This document shows, piece after piece, positions 34,908-47,826 of a stretch of DNA of 64,000 nucleotides. Position 1 is the stretch's first letter. Each line of letters starts with the position of its first letter. The position numbers and the translations under genes are program-made. The notes beneath the pieces were generated by a model that saw only the letters and a list, made by a program, of their open reading frames with translations, did no database searches and was not told where the DNA came from. Source of the stretch: Ministeria vibrans ATCC 50519 (lineage: Eukaryota; Protista; Filasterea); contig CALSCP010002154.1 in assembly GCA_943704425.1 (NCBI GenBank), positions 32,127 through 96,126 of the forward strand, written 5' to 3'.

Positions 34908-36043
34908 TTATTCGTATTATGTTTTGACATTATAGAGTACAGCTATCGTTTTTCTATTTATTTTCTTGTTAATATTAATATCGTACCTCCAAATTTCCAT
35001 TCCATGTCGACCAGCTCGTTGACCATGAGCGCCTGTGAGATGGCCGCGCGCAGAAGCGGTGCCTGGTTGGCCTTCCACACGGAGCCGACGTGCGCTGCCT
35101 TGGCTGCTGACAGACCCAGTTGCGTCAGATCAGACGTCACTTGGTCCGCATTGCAGCTCATTCTTAACGAGCCCTACAAGAGAGAGAGACAGGTATAAAA
35201 TAATTGATAGAGAAACAGTGAGAAAAGAAGCAATGGATGTAAATCCTAGCATATACAAACGCACAGCGATCCATTCGCGAAGACGTAACAAATTGTGTCG
35301 TCGTGAAAAAAAAACACAAAAAATCCACAATACACTGGAAAGCAATAAAAGATCAGTGTGACATGAAACGAGTCAGACGGAATAGAAAACACCAAAAGCC
35401 AGTATGAACGGAACATAACAATCGGATCGAGTGGCGCAGTGCGATTTGAGACACACGACCTCAATCGGAGTGTACAGTCGCTCCGGTTTAATGTGAGGGG
35501 ACAACAACAAAGAAACAGTTCTTTAAAAACAGCACAACAAGTCAAGAAAAAAAGAAAAAGACAACAGCAGAGCAAGTAGGCTTGGAACAATAAGAACACG
35601 AAATCACTTTAGAATGAACAGTTGAAGACGGGATTGCTTCGGGTTGTACAGTTTAAATCAAGAAAAAAGAAACAAATTTTGGTTTTTGTAGCACAACACG
35701 ACTACGATGGGTTCGCGGGGCGGATTCAACAGAGGGAGCAGGGCGATACACGGCAGGGTGGATGAAGCGGGAGGGGCGCGGGAGCGGTTCTGACCTTGCT
35801 AAAGAGCAGAAGACTTCTCACGACATTTCGCATTGTGTTCACGTTTGCCGAGTGTGTCTCGGCGGCATCGTCGACGGACGTCATGAGGCGCTGGCCGTTG
35901 GCAGTGCCGGGCGACAGCAGGAAGGCGACAGTCGCCTGCACAAGCGCGTCAAAGGCCCCTTCGCTCAAGGACGCCGCTGCCGCCATGTCTGTGCTGATCT
36001 GCGCATCGGGCGCCTTGTCCGGCGAGAAGTGGAACGAGGCCAT
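34525..36043 (-). CDS. COMMD7: COMM domain protein 7
   Basis: LVDMEWKFGVTAGTDEL..GSTFLQLKLV..ENVFMELTLPQFYTFLHEMEKAK. Confidence 0.9.
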
Positions 36044-36314
36044 GTCAAATCAACTCGTGTTGAGGGCTGCCTGTGGACTTTGGAGTGAGTAAAAAGAATA
36101 AGTAGTTAGTAGAGAAAATCGAGTATGCCAATCACAACCTAAAATACAAATAGATAAAACAATCAGCCAACTCTTCCGCCGTAGACACAAAATACTCAGT
36201 AAATCAAGGATCTATTTAGCTATTAAAACCGTGTGAAACAAACATAATTTTTCCGTCGTCGTTAATTCGTATTAAATTTGTACAATCAATCCATCAAAGC
36301 TGTGAAACAAAACA

Positions 36315-38112
36315 TCAGCTGGTGAGCAAATCCTCAAAATCAGCCTCTAAATCATCCACATTTCCCAGCGCAATAGCAGGCACATCGGATACGTCGAGAT
36401 CCACATCCGCCAACTCACGCTCCAGCTCATCCTCCCACGCCTCTGTTAGTAGATGATAATGTGAGTTTCGATAACGAATCGAGTTGTTTTGACATGAATC
36501 ACCTTGTCTTTGACGCGCCTCATCCTCAGCACTGTCAGGAATGTCTTCATCATACTCCAGGCGGGTCTGTACGGTTTCTTCTTCGTCATCGTCAATGCTG
36601 AATGCACCTGCGCTTGTCGGAATGGCCCGTGCAATGTCCTCCAGCGACGGCGACGCATCCACATCACCACCACCACCACCACCACTACCATCCACATCAG
36701 CAGCAATATTGCCACTGCTACTGCTGCTGACTGGTTTGTCTGCTCGGTCACGCTGCAGCTGCAGCTGCTCCCGATGCTCCTCCAGCAGCTCAGGGTTGTC
36801 GGCGCGCACCTTCTTGACGGCTGCGCGTTGCATGCGGTTACGCAGACACAACGCATCAAGGTCTTCGCACAGCGCACTGCACAGTGGTCCGTCGGCTGCG
36901 TCGCCAAGTACCTGCGATGAGGCCACAAGAACTGCCTGGCACTGTCGGTTCTGTCGCAGCGAAGCCACCAGAGCCATCAGTCCCGCTGGTCCCACTCCGT
37001 TGTCACGCATGTCCACGCGCAGCAACGTGCCGCCCGTCGCAAGGGCCTCCGCCACACCAATCGCACTGTCTTCGCCCAGGTTGTTCGCGGCAATGCCCAG
37101 TCGACGCAAAGGACACGAGCGACGCACCAGCGCCGGTTGCAGGCTCATAAACGCACGGTCCGAGAGCGTTGCGCCGTTTCCGCCAATGTTGAGGCGTCGC
37201 AATGCACATGCTGGGTCGTCGAGCAAAGCACAGAGACGCTCGCACGACCGCTGTCCCACACGACAGCCCCACAGGTCCAGCGATGAAAGGTGGCATTCGC
37301 CCGTGTCGCGCGATGACAATGCGTCACACAGTGCCACCACACCGTCGTCACCAAGAGCCGAATTCCCCCGTAAATCAAGTACTTGAAGCGGTACCAAAAG
37401 ACGCCCAAGACACGGCAAGAGTGTCAGAGGCGTAAGGCCGCTGCGAGCGACGCGCAGCTCATGCAGAACACCATGCATTTGCTCGAGGCAACGCGTGAGC
37501 GCCGGCACGTCCGTCCCACTTGTGGTAAGCGACACAAGTCGCGCACTGCCCGTCACCAAACTCATTACACTGCCACCCATCTTGTTGACAACTTTCGCGG
37601 CGGCGCGCAGACCGCACGAGTCGATGAGAAGCGACGAAAGTCGACAACTCGGCTGTGCCAGTGCCACGCCAAGTTGTTCCCAGCCAGCCGCGTCAAGGCC
37701 TGTCTCGGTGAGCTCCAGCGAGCCCAGAAGTGTAGGGTCGCCCACGGGAGCGTCGTCTCGTGCAATGGCTTCGCTGAGCGCAGCGATAACGGCCGCGGGA
37801 GTCGGCACTAACGTACAGCGACTCAACACCAACTTTTGTGTGTGACACAGGCGACAGACGCGCGCCAAACAGGCGCCGGCAGCTGCGTCCACTCGCTCTC
37901 CAATTAGCGTAAACGTCTCTACTGACGAATCGCCTGCGATATCGGCACTTTCAAGGGGTTTAAGCACCGAAGCGAGCGGCGCGCATTTCGAACTAGGATG
38001 ACAAAGACAAACAAAAGAGTTCAATGCGTGTGGGGGAGCGTGCGTGTATCTACCGCTCGCAGTCTTCCTTGTACTTGGCAAGCACGACGCCAGGCGACGG
38101 AAGAGCGGCCAT
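36315..38112 (-). CDS. PPP1R37: RNI-like LRR protein, PPP1R37/LRRC68-like
   Basis: VLAKYKEDCER|SKCAPL N-terminus, LRRs, LRVDMRDNGVGPAGLMAL, acidic tail. Confidence 0.6.
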
Positions 38113-38459
38113 GTCAAAACAAAATTAATAATGATATTAATTTTATTATTCAATATTGATAAAAATTATTTTGGTCTAATGAGATTAAATTGAGTCTCAA
38201 TCGATAAGCTAGTCCTAGCCCCTTACCCCTCAGTCGTACTCACGTCTCACTGTGGCCACCTCACTTACCTGTGTCAAAAGGGTTGAATGCTAATTCACCA
38301 TATTATTGTCCCTGTGCATTGTGCAGCCATTCCTTGCTGGTGTCGGTGTAGAACGTTGCGTTGGACACTCGACCGAGTCGCAAAGATTCCCCTTTACTTT
38401 TCTAATGTACTCCTTTTTCATTGTTTTGGGTGTGTGTGTGTGTTTTCGTGGGTGGTCTC

Positions 38460-39463
38460 TCACTTGAGCAGCGCCTTGATGGCAGCGCTCTCTGCCGCCT
38501 CGACATACGATCGACCGTCGGGGGTTTGGCCCGTCTTGTTTGCACCGGCAGCAATGAGAACCTTGACGGCGTCGGTGTGGCCCTCGAAAATGGCCGCAAG
38601 GAGAGGTGTCATGCCGTACTTGTCCTCGGCCTACAAAACAAGTTGTCCGTCTCCATTTGCACACAGACAAGCGGTTGATATGCGTACGTTGACATCGGCG
38701 CCCTTGGAGATGAGGTACTCCAAAACCTCAACCTGACCGTAGTCAGCGGCAAAGTGCAGTGGTCTGCGGTTGCTCAGCATCGCATTCACATCCAGTTGCT
38801 ACGAAAATGATGAGATGTGTTGTGTGAGTCCGAGAGAGAGACTGAGAGAGTGTGTGTGAAGGAGAAGAACAGCATAAAGAGAGATCCACCGCACAGTACA
38901 CATACGGCCACACGTGTACGCATCACCAGAGCAACATTGGGCGAGTGGTGTGCGCGAGCAGTGAGCGGGAAAGACAGAAATTCACTTGTGGATGCATAAT
39001 CATTAATTGCTGGCGTCATCCTCATCCCATCTGGACATGTTGCGCGCGTCCACTGAAAGAACCAAGTCGCATAGACTCGTATGACGCCAAGAGCAGCTTA
39101 CTCTCCGGAAGATGCGACGAGGCCACACAATTCATATTGAATGAGTCATTTTGCTCGATAACCGGTTATATTTTGAGTCTGTTCCGTCTCTCTCGNNNNN
39201 NNNNNCAGGTCACAACGTCCGGGGAACCAGCGCTCAGGGACACGCGCAGCATAAATTTTTTTGCAATGAGACGAGGTTGTCATGTCGAAGGCGGGAGAGG
39301 GTGCGTGTACCCCACAAAACGCGCATGTGAGACGGGTCGGAGGGACGCGCGCCTGCACAACGAAGCAACAGTGCAAATACAAAATGTATACCTCTTCTTC
39401 GATGATTTTCTTGACACCGTCCAGGTCGGCGTTTTTGATGCTCCAAGGCAGATCACCAGACAT
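38460..39463 (-). CDS. MTPN: Myotrophin/V-1 (small ankyrin-repeat capping-protein inhibitor), 3 exons
   Basis: [69 protein letters not shown]. Confidence 0.9.
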
Positions 39464-39954
39464 GACAAAGGAAAAACAAGAGGAAGGGAAAATAAAAAAC
39501 AGTGAGTCAAAAGCAAATCACTAATCAGTCAATGACAAATGACAAGTAAACAGTGAAACAAGTGAGTGAAGTACATCCAATGTCTGATATCTCACAACGA
39601 ATCACAATTGTTGACTACGCGTTGACTACCAAGCTATGTGGGTGTGCTTTGTTTCTTTCGACTTGGCTCTCGGTCCGAATTGCTGACAACCCATCTGACA
39701 TTGATGACTCATGATTATGAACTCATGATCGATCAAAAAATTAACTAAATAGCTTATAGCACTAAGTTAAGGGAGTTTGTCGCTCAATCCTGTCAAGGTA
39801 AGTCTACAGTCAGATTTAAAATGAGTCGTATTCTTCTTCTTCTAATAATCTAACTGATCAATGATTATAATTATGTGATCACAATGAATAGATGAAATCT
39901 TTTCAACAACAATAAGTTATTATAATAATATTGTTTCGTCTTTCTTTTTATCTC

Positions 39955-41461
39955 ATGGAACGCGCTGCCTCACACGCCGGTAGCTGGTACAGCGACAACG
40001 GTAAGGGTTATTATTATTTTTTTTTATTCAAGACACACTCAAGGTTGGTTTTTCAGCATCCAAACTTCGCGCGTCGCTTGAGTCTTGGTTGGACGCCCCT
40101 GCGAAAGTCCAGGCGCCTGCCAAGGCTATCATTGCACCACATGCTGGCTTCAGCTACTCGGGACCAACTTCGGCCTATGCCTACAAACAAATCGACACAG
40201 ACGCGGTGTACGATGCGGCGCCAGAAAGCTATTTGTGTGTGTTTGTGTGACCGTGACTTTCTTTGTCAGAAAACGAGTCTTTCTCTTGGGCCCGTCGCAT
40301 CACGTTCACTTGGATACGTGTGCCCTTACCAGGTGCAGTAGCTACGCCACTCCGCTGGGCCCTTTAGTGGTTGACAGAGACGGTACAAGAGCAAAACAAA
40401 GCGAGAAACCAACTGAACTTGCATTTATTGGCAGTTGTCAACGAACTGAAGGGGACGGGTGAGTTTGGCGAAATGTCGCGCCAAACCGACGAAGACGAGC
40501 ACAGCATTGAGCTACACTTGCCCTTTGTCAAACACTTATTCCAAACGTAAGGAGAAAAAAGCAAATAATTCAACACTTAGTCTAAACGTAAGGAGAGAAC
40601 AGCAAACAATTCATCTCTTTCCGAATTGCCTGTGTGTTTCTTTAGCCGAACTGACGTGCGTATAATTCCCATTCTCGTTGGAACACTGAGTATTTCACAC
40701 GAACAGACCATTGCGCGATTGCTGAGTCGCTTCTTTACTCAATCTGACTCTCTCTTCGTTGTCTCATCCGATTTCTGTCATTGGGGAAAACGCTTTCGCT
40801 TTACCTATCAAAATCTTTCTTTTCCAACCATTTCCGATGCAATTGAAGATCTTGATCGACAAGTAAACTTGCCAAGCGAGAGAGAAAGAGTGTGTGTGAT
40901 AGAGAGGGAGGAGGGAGAAAGAAACAACCAAAGTGAGAGAACCAAAGTGATATAGAGAGAAAAAGATGATAGAGAGATTATGGTATTGAACGTATTTTCG
41001 TGTAGGGCATGAATGCGATTGAGAAACTGTCTCGTTCCGAGTTTCAATTGTACCTCACTCGCACTCACAACACTATTTGTGGACGAAATCCCATTTTACT
41101 TCTGTTGACTCTCTGTGAATTGTCACTCGCTGACACTGATACTTCTCTCAAGTTTATTCGCTATGCACAATCGAGCAAAGTACGAACTACAATCATTATA
41201 TTATTTTTATATATACTTATATATAATAATTATTATAATTATTATAATAATAATTATTATATTATATATCTAAAATCCCTCTTGTGGTTCCAAGACACTA
41301 CGAACCCAATTAATCGGACCCTAACCTTTCACAATGAATTATGATACAATTCAATTCTATCAGCCGACATGTCTTTTCATCTTTTTATTTTGTAGGTGAT
41401 TTCTGAGGGAGAGAGTTCTGTGAGCTACGCCTCTGCTGCTCTTGTTTTAAATGACGCGTAA
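39955..41461 (+). CDS. MEMO1: MEMO1 / AmmeMemoRadiSAM protein B
   Basis: ASHAGSWY, IIAPHAG, LGPSHH, DEDEHSIE, SSDFCHWG, NTICGRNPI, SSVSYASA. Confidence 0.95.
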
Positions 41462-41499
41462 TGAAAAATGAGTTGAATTTAATGCAGTGTATTTTCTTT

Positions 41500-43614
41500 T
41501 TAAACAAGCGACTTGAAAGCCTTCTTTTTCTTCGTCACATACGTGCTTTCTTTGCTCATGTTTGAGCGTTGTTCGGAGTGTGCCTGTCCTCGCGACGTGA
41601 GCCACTTGCTGCCCTTGGACGCATACTACGCACAAAAACAGAATGAGCCACAAAATTATTAAGGTATTTGAGGGTCGAACCTGATCAGCAGAACTAAGCG
41701 TAATGCATTCGTCAATGTCGTTAACGAGCTCCGTGCATTGTGCACTCTGTGCCGATTTGCTGCTGGAAATTCGACCTCGAATATCGGAGAGTGCTTGTTG
41801 GGCACCCGCATAACTAATAAAGAAAGAAAAAAATATTAATTGTTAATCATAATAATTCAAATGACTCTTTCGACGTGTTGCCCCACTTACTCGCACTGGG
41901 CAGCACGTGCATTGGCTTCGGCAATGACTCTACATGAATTATATTTTAAAAAATGAGCCACAACAATAATAAAACAAAAACAATGAATTATCTTACCGCG
42001 CTGTGTCGATGCGGTTGCGTTGAGCATCAATTTCCACACTGACCGCGCTTTCTTCGTCTCGCTCGGTCATGGTGTCGCAACGCATGAAGGTAAACGCACC
42101 GACAGCTTCACAGTCATTCGTGCCTCCAATGACGTCCTCATAGACCAGGGTGCCCGTCAACGTGTGACCCTTCTCATCCACTTGGTCCACCTTGTCCAAC
42201 GTCAATTCCACGCAAAAGTCGCGACGCTCATCAGCCTGCAAATCGCCTAGGTTGTCCACTGACGCAGAGAGCCCGTCCTCGGCGACGCAGACCTTTCCAC
42301 GACCGGAGTGGACCTTTAGGGGATAAAGGTAAAACAACAAAGAAACAACAAAGTGTGAGCAGTGAAACTGACACTCTATCGCGCTTAGAAACGCCTCTTT
42401 TGTACCTTTGTGATCTTTGCACCGGCTGATACATTTAGACTCAGTCGCAGTCCTCGCGCAACGGTTGTCAGAATTCCGCTGAATAAACAAAAAAAATTGT
42501 TATTATTAAATATTATAAGATTATCCGCCGATGAATGTTGTGATCACATACCCCAAAGCATCCGCAAAAGAGCTGGTAATGGTTGCTTCCGACTCCTATA
42601 AAGCATCATGACGTATAATATTAATATTATCATATTAATAAAGTTTGGTTTGTTTCTCACAATGTAAAAATAGCTTCCGCGTCCAGACTCGGCGATCCCT
42701 TGAAGCATGGAAGCGGAATGGTCCGACCCAAACCCAAAAGTGGACACTGTGATGGCTTGGTTAACGTTGTCCGGCTGCTCGCTGTCGTCGTTCCATGCCG
42801 CCTTATACTCGGGCGGAGGCGGGGGCGCCTGTGGGACGCCGTTAGCGTCGTAGACGAGTGGCACAGCTGGAGCGGCAGCGTTGGCTGTCGCGCGTCCACC
42901 CATAAAGCCCAGGAAGCCCATGAGCCCGCCCGACGACGTAGAGAGTCGCTGTTGCTGCTGTGGAGGCTGTGGAGGCTGCGGAGACGACTGAGTCAGCCCC
43001 TGGCCCTTCATTGCGTTCATCATGCGTGTGCAAACAGCGCCGGTCTCAGTCTCACCCACGTTCGCTTGGCCATCCGTGAAAAGCAGGATGGAGCATGAAC
43101 GCGACGCGTCAGTGCCACGGCGTGCCTTTGCAATGGAGATCCCTTCCACCACTCCTCCGCTCAAATTGGTGCATGATCCTGCCCGGATCGAGGTGAGTCG
43201 TGTCGCAATTAGCGACTTGTTTCCACTCGTCATGGAGGTAAACTCAACAACCCGCTTCACCTCCGTGTCAAACGTAACAATCGCAAGACGGTCTTGGGGC
43301 AGCAGCTGACTCATCACAAAGTGAATGGATTCCTTGCTGGGAAAGAAAGTTTAAAAGAGCGACATTAATAAAACTTATTGCTATTTGGGAGATTCTTACA
43401 CAAGCTTCAACTTGGCACCGCTCATTGAGCCGCTGACATCCAGAACAGCAACAATGTCGACGGGGGCGCGTTTGTCGCCCTGCGTCGGCAGGTCGTCGCT
43501 GTCAGGGGCGTTGATCGTCACCAGCGACCACGCATTCTCCGTGGTCGAGTAAAGGTACGAGGGGAATTCGCCGGCAACGGCGAGCGTCACAGATGGGTAT
43601 GAATCGCCTCCCAT
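41500..43614 (-). CDS. von Willebrand factor A domain protein (VWA with Vwaint-like C-terminus), multi-exon
   Basis: RAPVDIVAVLDVSGSM (MIDAS), TNLSGG, LFTDGQAN, STFGFG.DH, C-terminal AHSEQRS. Confidence 0.8.
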
Positions 43615-44242
43615 ATTGAATATCCAAATGTGAGTTGTGGTTTTGGGTTGTTTTAAAAGAAGAAGAGGAGAAAAAAAAGTGATGAAAAAAGGTCGACCAA
43701 ACGTAATTGTATTTTAAAAAGCAATACGTTTACGTTCGTGTAAATGGTCTCTCAACCCTCCAACCTGCATAAAACGTGTGACTGAACTCGTAGCTTGCTA
43801 ACGTCGTCAACAACCGTCGAATAGTAGGTCATAGTTGTCACTAGATCACAAGATCTTGTGATTGATGACGAGGAGTTTTCGTGGCAGTCTCCTCAACTTC
43901 AACCAGATTTGATTATTTTCGCCAAGATTTTCATTGTTCTGGGTTGAGTAGCGAACCCAAAAATAGCATAAATCGACTTTTTTGCACTCCAACCAAACTT
44001 TGTCTTTGTATAGTCGACTCATTGACCATCGTCGACGTCGAGTGGTCACTGGTCAGACGCAATACGTAAAGGCCGCATGCGCAGCAAACGGAGAAAGTAA
44101 AAAAAAGCCTCAAAAATCAATACACGAGATAGCACACGGAGGGTACTCAGCGTAGTTCGGTAGTTGGTAGTATAAGCCTGTTTTTTTAGTGCTTTGCGTT
44201 TATCTGACACCCATTCGTGTGCTATTTATGTTTTTCAGTTGT

Positions 44243-47200
44243 TTATTCCACCTTTGCAGTTTTTCTACGCACAAGTGTCTGCCACATATCCTTACACAGC
44301 TGTCGATCGTTAAGAAAGAGCGTCAGAGCGACAGCAGCAAGACAGATTGCGCCGACAGCAACGTGGAGAGCGCGCGCAAAGAGCGTCGCGCCGACGGGAG
44401 TGCGCGACGCAGAGTACGCTGTGACGACAAATGCCGCAAGATAGGCCGCCAGGGTGGCACGCGAAGGCAGCGCACTGCGCCACGCAAAGCGCAAGTGGAC
44501 GTCGCCAAAAAATCCATTGATAAAGTGCGCCGAGAAGAGAATGCGCACTGTCATATTGACACAGTTGGCCAAAAGAAGACCGGCAGAGCCAATGAGTCGA
44601 GTAAAAAGAAGCGCCGACGACAGAAAGACGACAGAAAACAGCGTCATGCGCTGTCCGTGACGGTCAATGTGGCTCTGGCTTGCACACGCAAACACAAAAC
44701 ACTATAAAATAAAGCAAGAAATGATGAGTTCATTGAAGAGTGCACTCTTGCGTGTTTGACCTCGGTGATTCCATTGAATGCGAGAAGGAGAGAGTAAACA
44801 CAGTAGAACCGCAGAAGAGACGGACCCACTCCGGAGCTCAGTAGAGATCCACCATACAAATCCAAAAGAAGTTCAGAGTAGCCTAAAACACGAAAACAAT
44901 AAGATGCACAAAGTGAGAGTGTGTGTTTTTATTATTAATATGTTTTCTTGTTACCTTGTCCAAAAACACAGATGGTGAAAGAGACAAGAAAGACAAACGA
45001 AAGAAGCGTAGTGAATGTTTTGCGAGCGAGCCCCAAATCACTCGCCATGTGCGCTCCATTTCGACCCAAAGCACTGAACACAAACAAGTAAACCATCAGA
45101 ATAATTTTTGTTATTAATTTTTTGTTTTTTGTTTTGCTTTTGTTTGTTAGTACCTGAGAAAGAATAAATAATAACTTTCCTCAACGGGACGAAAAATAAA
45201 CCGGGCAACCAACGAACCCAAATTGTTAATCACATCAAAAACTCCCTATCAAAATAGCATTCGCAGTTGAAGAAAAAAAATATCAGCCATATCAAATCAA
45301 GCAGACAATCAATGATTGATTTTTTGTGTGTTGTTTTTTTTTTTTTTTCTGTGTCTAATGGTCACAGGCGCTTGCAGGTCCACCAGCAGCATAACATCTC
45401 GACCAGCCATAGAGTCCTGTGTCTAACTTGATCGGCAAAAGAGAGAATGTTGAACACAGTCATTAGATATCGTTCTCCTTCCGTTAAAAGTTGCTTTGAC
45501 AATGATTGTTTGAAAAAGGTAATCACCAGTGACCCTAAAACATAAAAAGGGAGTATAATGAGAATGTTTTGCGTGCTTTGTCTTACCACTTTCTTCAGAA
45601 ATGAATTGACCGTTTTCTCTTTGAGGGAGAAGGTCCCGGAGAGAGTTCAAACCGGGAAAGAGAGAATCGGGAATGGCGGAAAAGCGGAAGAAGACGAGAT
45701 AAATGACAATGCGGAGAAATGCGGAGAAGCACTCTGCCAAAGCAAAGGCAAAAATGGGAGAATGAGGAAAAACGTTTGCGTATAGACAGACAATGGTTGT
45801 GAGAGCGCGTAAGAGGGTGGCAAGACCGTCTGAAAGAGATCTGACACGCACACAAAGTTTCATTTGGGCAAGCACAGCCAACGGCTCGCTTGTGATTTCA
45901 ATGAGGGGAGCGAGCGCAAATGCGATGACAGCGAATGGGTACGAGTGGACAGTGTCGGGGGGAGTAAGGAGAAAGAGCCAGAGAAGAGCAAGGAAGGTTG
46001 AGAGAAGAGCGCCTAAAGGGAGGGAAAGCCACACCAAATTGCGTGTGAGACGCCTGTGAAAAGGAATGAAAGGGAGTGAACAAAAAAACAAAAAGGAGAA
46101 ATTAGTTCATTTTCATGTTAAACACAAACCAATTACGTGGAATAAACATATCTCGTCGAAAACAATGAAGAATTATGATTACAACCAAACACAAATCCAG
46201 TCACATTTGAAACATAGCTGATTGCAGCATCGAGATGAGCACAAGTGAAAAAAATATGTAATTATATATACAAGATGCAATATTGATTGATTAGATTACC
46301 AGTCCTTTAGTGAATTGGCATCCAAACACACTCGACGAAACGGCTCACGAGCAAGAAAAAGCACCGTCGTTTGTAGCAGAATCAATCTTTAAAGAGCACA
46401 CTAGTGTGTTACTATTTTCTGTTACTTCACGTTTTTTTAATCATACCGAACATTCACCACTCCTAAAAGTTCCCGAGAAATGATTCTGAGCACAAACGCA
46501 TTTGTGATAAAGGAGGCAATGCGAAACAAGAGCTAGCACACCAACAAAGCGTTTAGGTTATGTCAATAATTATTACGATAAACATTGAAGAATACTTGAA
46601 GAGCGACGCCGTGACGGGCGGATTGACCGGCACTGGCGAGAACACTGTCACTGGATGCGGCGGCAGTGCGTTTTTCTTCTTCCCTTTCTTTTGTTTGCCT
46701 CTGTGCGTGTTCTTGGAGGAGGACTGTGATGGTGGAGTTGGCGGGTGGCTCTTGGATGGTCGCAATGTCGATACGCTTGTCCGAGAGCAGGGCTGTGACG
46801 ACCGCCGTGTGGCCTCTTTCGCAGGCGCCGCGAAGAGCGTCACAGTGGTCGTGGGAGGGATCGACACGAGGGTCTTGGAGGAGGAGACTGACAATGGTGT
46901 CGTGCCCACGCAGGCTTGCGGTACGGATGGCGTGCTGACTGCGATGTGCGGGGTCAACAGAGGGCATTTGCAGGAGACGACGCGCCACTTCGAGGTGGTT
47001 TTCTTCGCAGGCAACTATGAATGATGTGTTGAGGATGGACGGGCTCGGCTCGGCGACGAGGCGACTCAAGAGCGTGTTGATCACGGCGAGGTGACCTGTG
47101 TGCGATGCAATGTACATGAGTTCGCGGAACATGACGGTGTTCAGGTTGATTCTTTCGTGCGACACGATCGTGTCAACCAAGTCGGCCTGTCCCGCCTTAC

Positions 47201-47561
47201 AGGCGCTCACAGCGGCGCCCAGAAAGTCACTTGAAGACGGATCAGTCGAGCACAATAGGAATTCAATGATGTGGAAGTAGCCATGGCGTGCAGCGCGGTC
47301 CAACAGGGTCTGGACCAGCCCTGGAGGTACGGAGCCAGCGTGTAACCATGCCTGGCGTCGATTGCTGAGACGCAAGAGGACATTGAGCGACGCAAGCGAC
47401 GCTCGTTGGTTCAGCTGCGTCTGAGCAACACAATGAACGCCGCTGTGCCGTACAGCCTCCCGCCACTCTCTGCTGACCGTCGAGAGGGTACATGCCGTCA
47501 AAGGATCGCTCACGGCCACAATCTTGCACTTGACCTCCCAAGACAAGGGGTCGCTTGACAT
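44243..47561 (-). CDS. RFT1: F-box/ankyrin-repeat region (exon 46596-47561) fused in frame to the Man5GlcNAc2-PP-dolichol translocation protein RFT1
   Basis: RFT1 motifs [50 protein letters not shown]; its N-terminal peptide [16 protein letters not shown] forms the end of the ankyrin ORF. Confidence 0.75.
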
Positions 47562-47826
47562 GGCAAAGGAAGGACGAGAGAAGAGGGAAATATGTTTGAT
47601 AATTGATTATTGATTTCCGTATGAGCGATTTGTTCCTTTTCAATGTTGCCTTCTCATTGAGAAGAGGCATATGTAACACAAACTATGGCTGATCAGAATA
47701 GTCGTACTAGTTGCATTGACCTCACTGTGTGCGACATCTGCAGATCGGATCCACAAAGTGGATCACAATTCACAAAGTCATTCAAAAAGTGAAAACGCGA
47801 AACTTCTTTTCAACTTTTTTTTTCGG

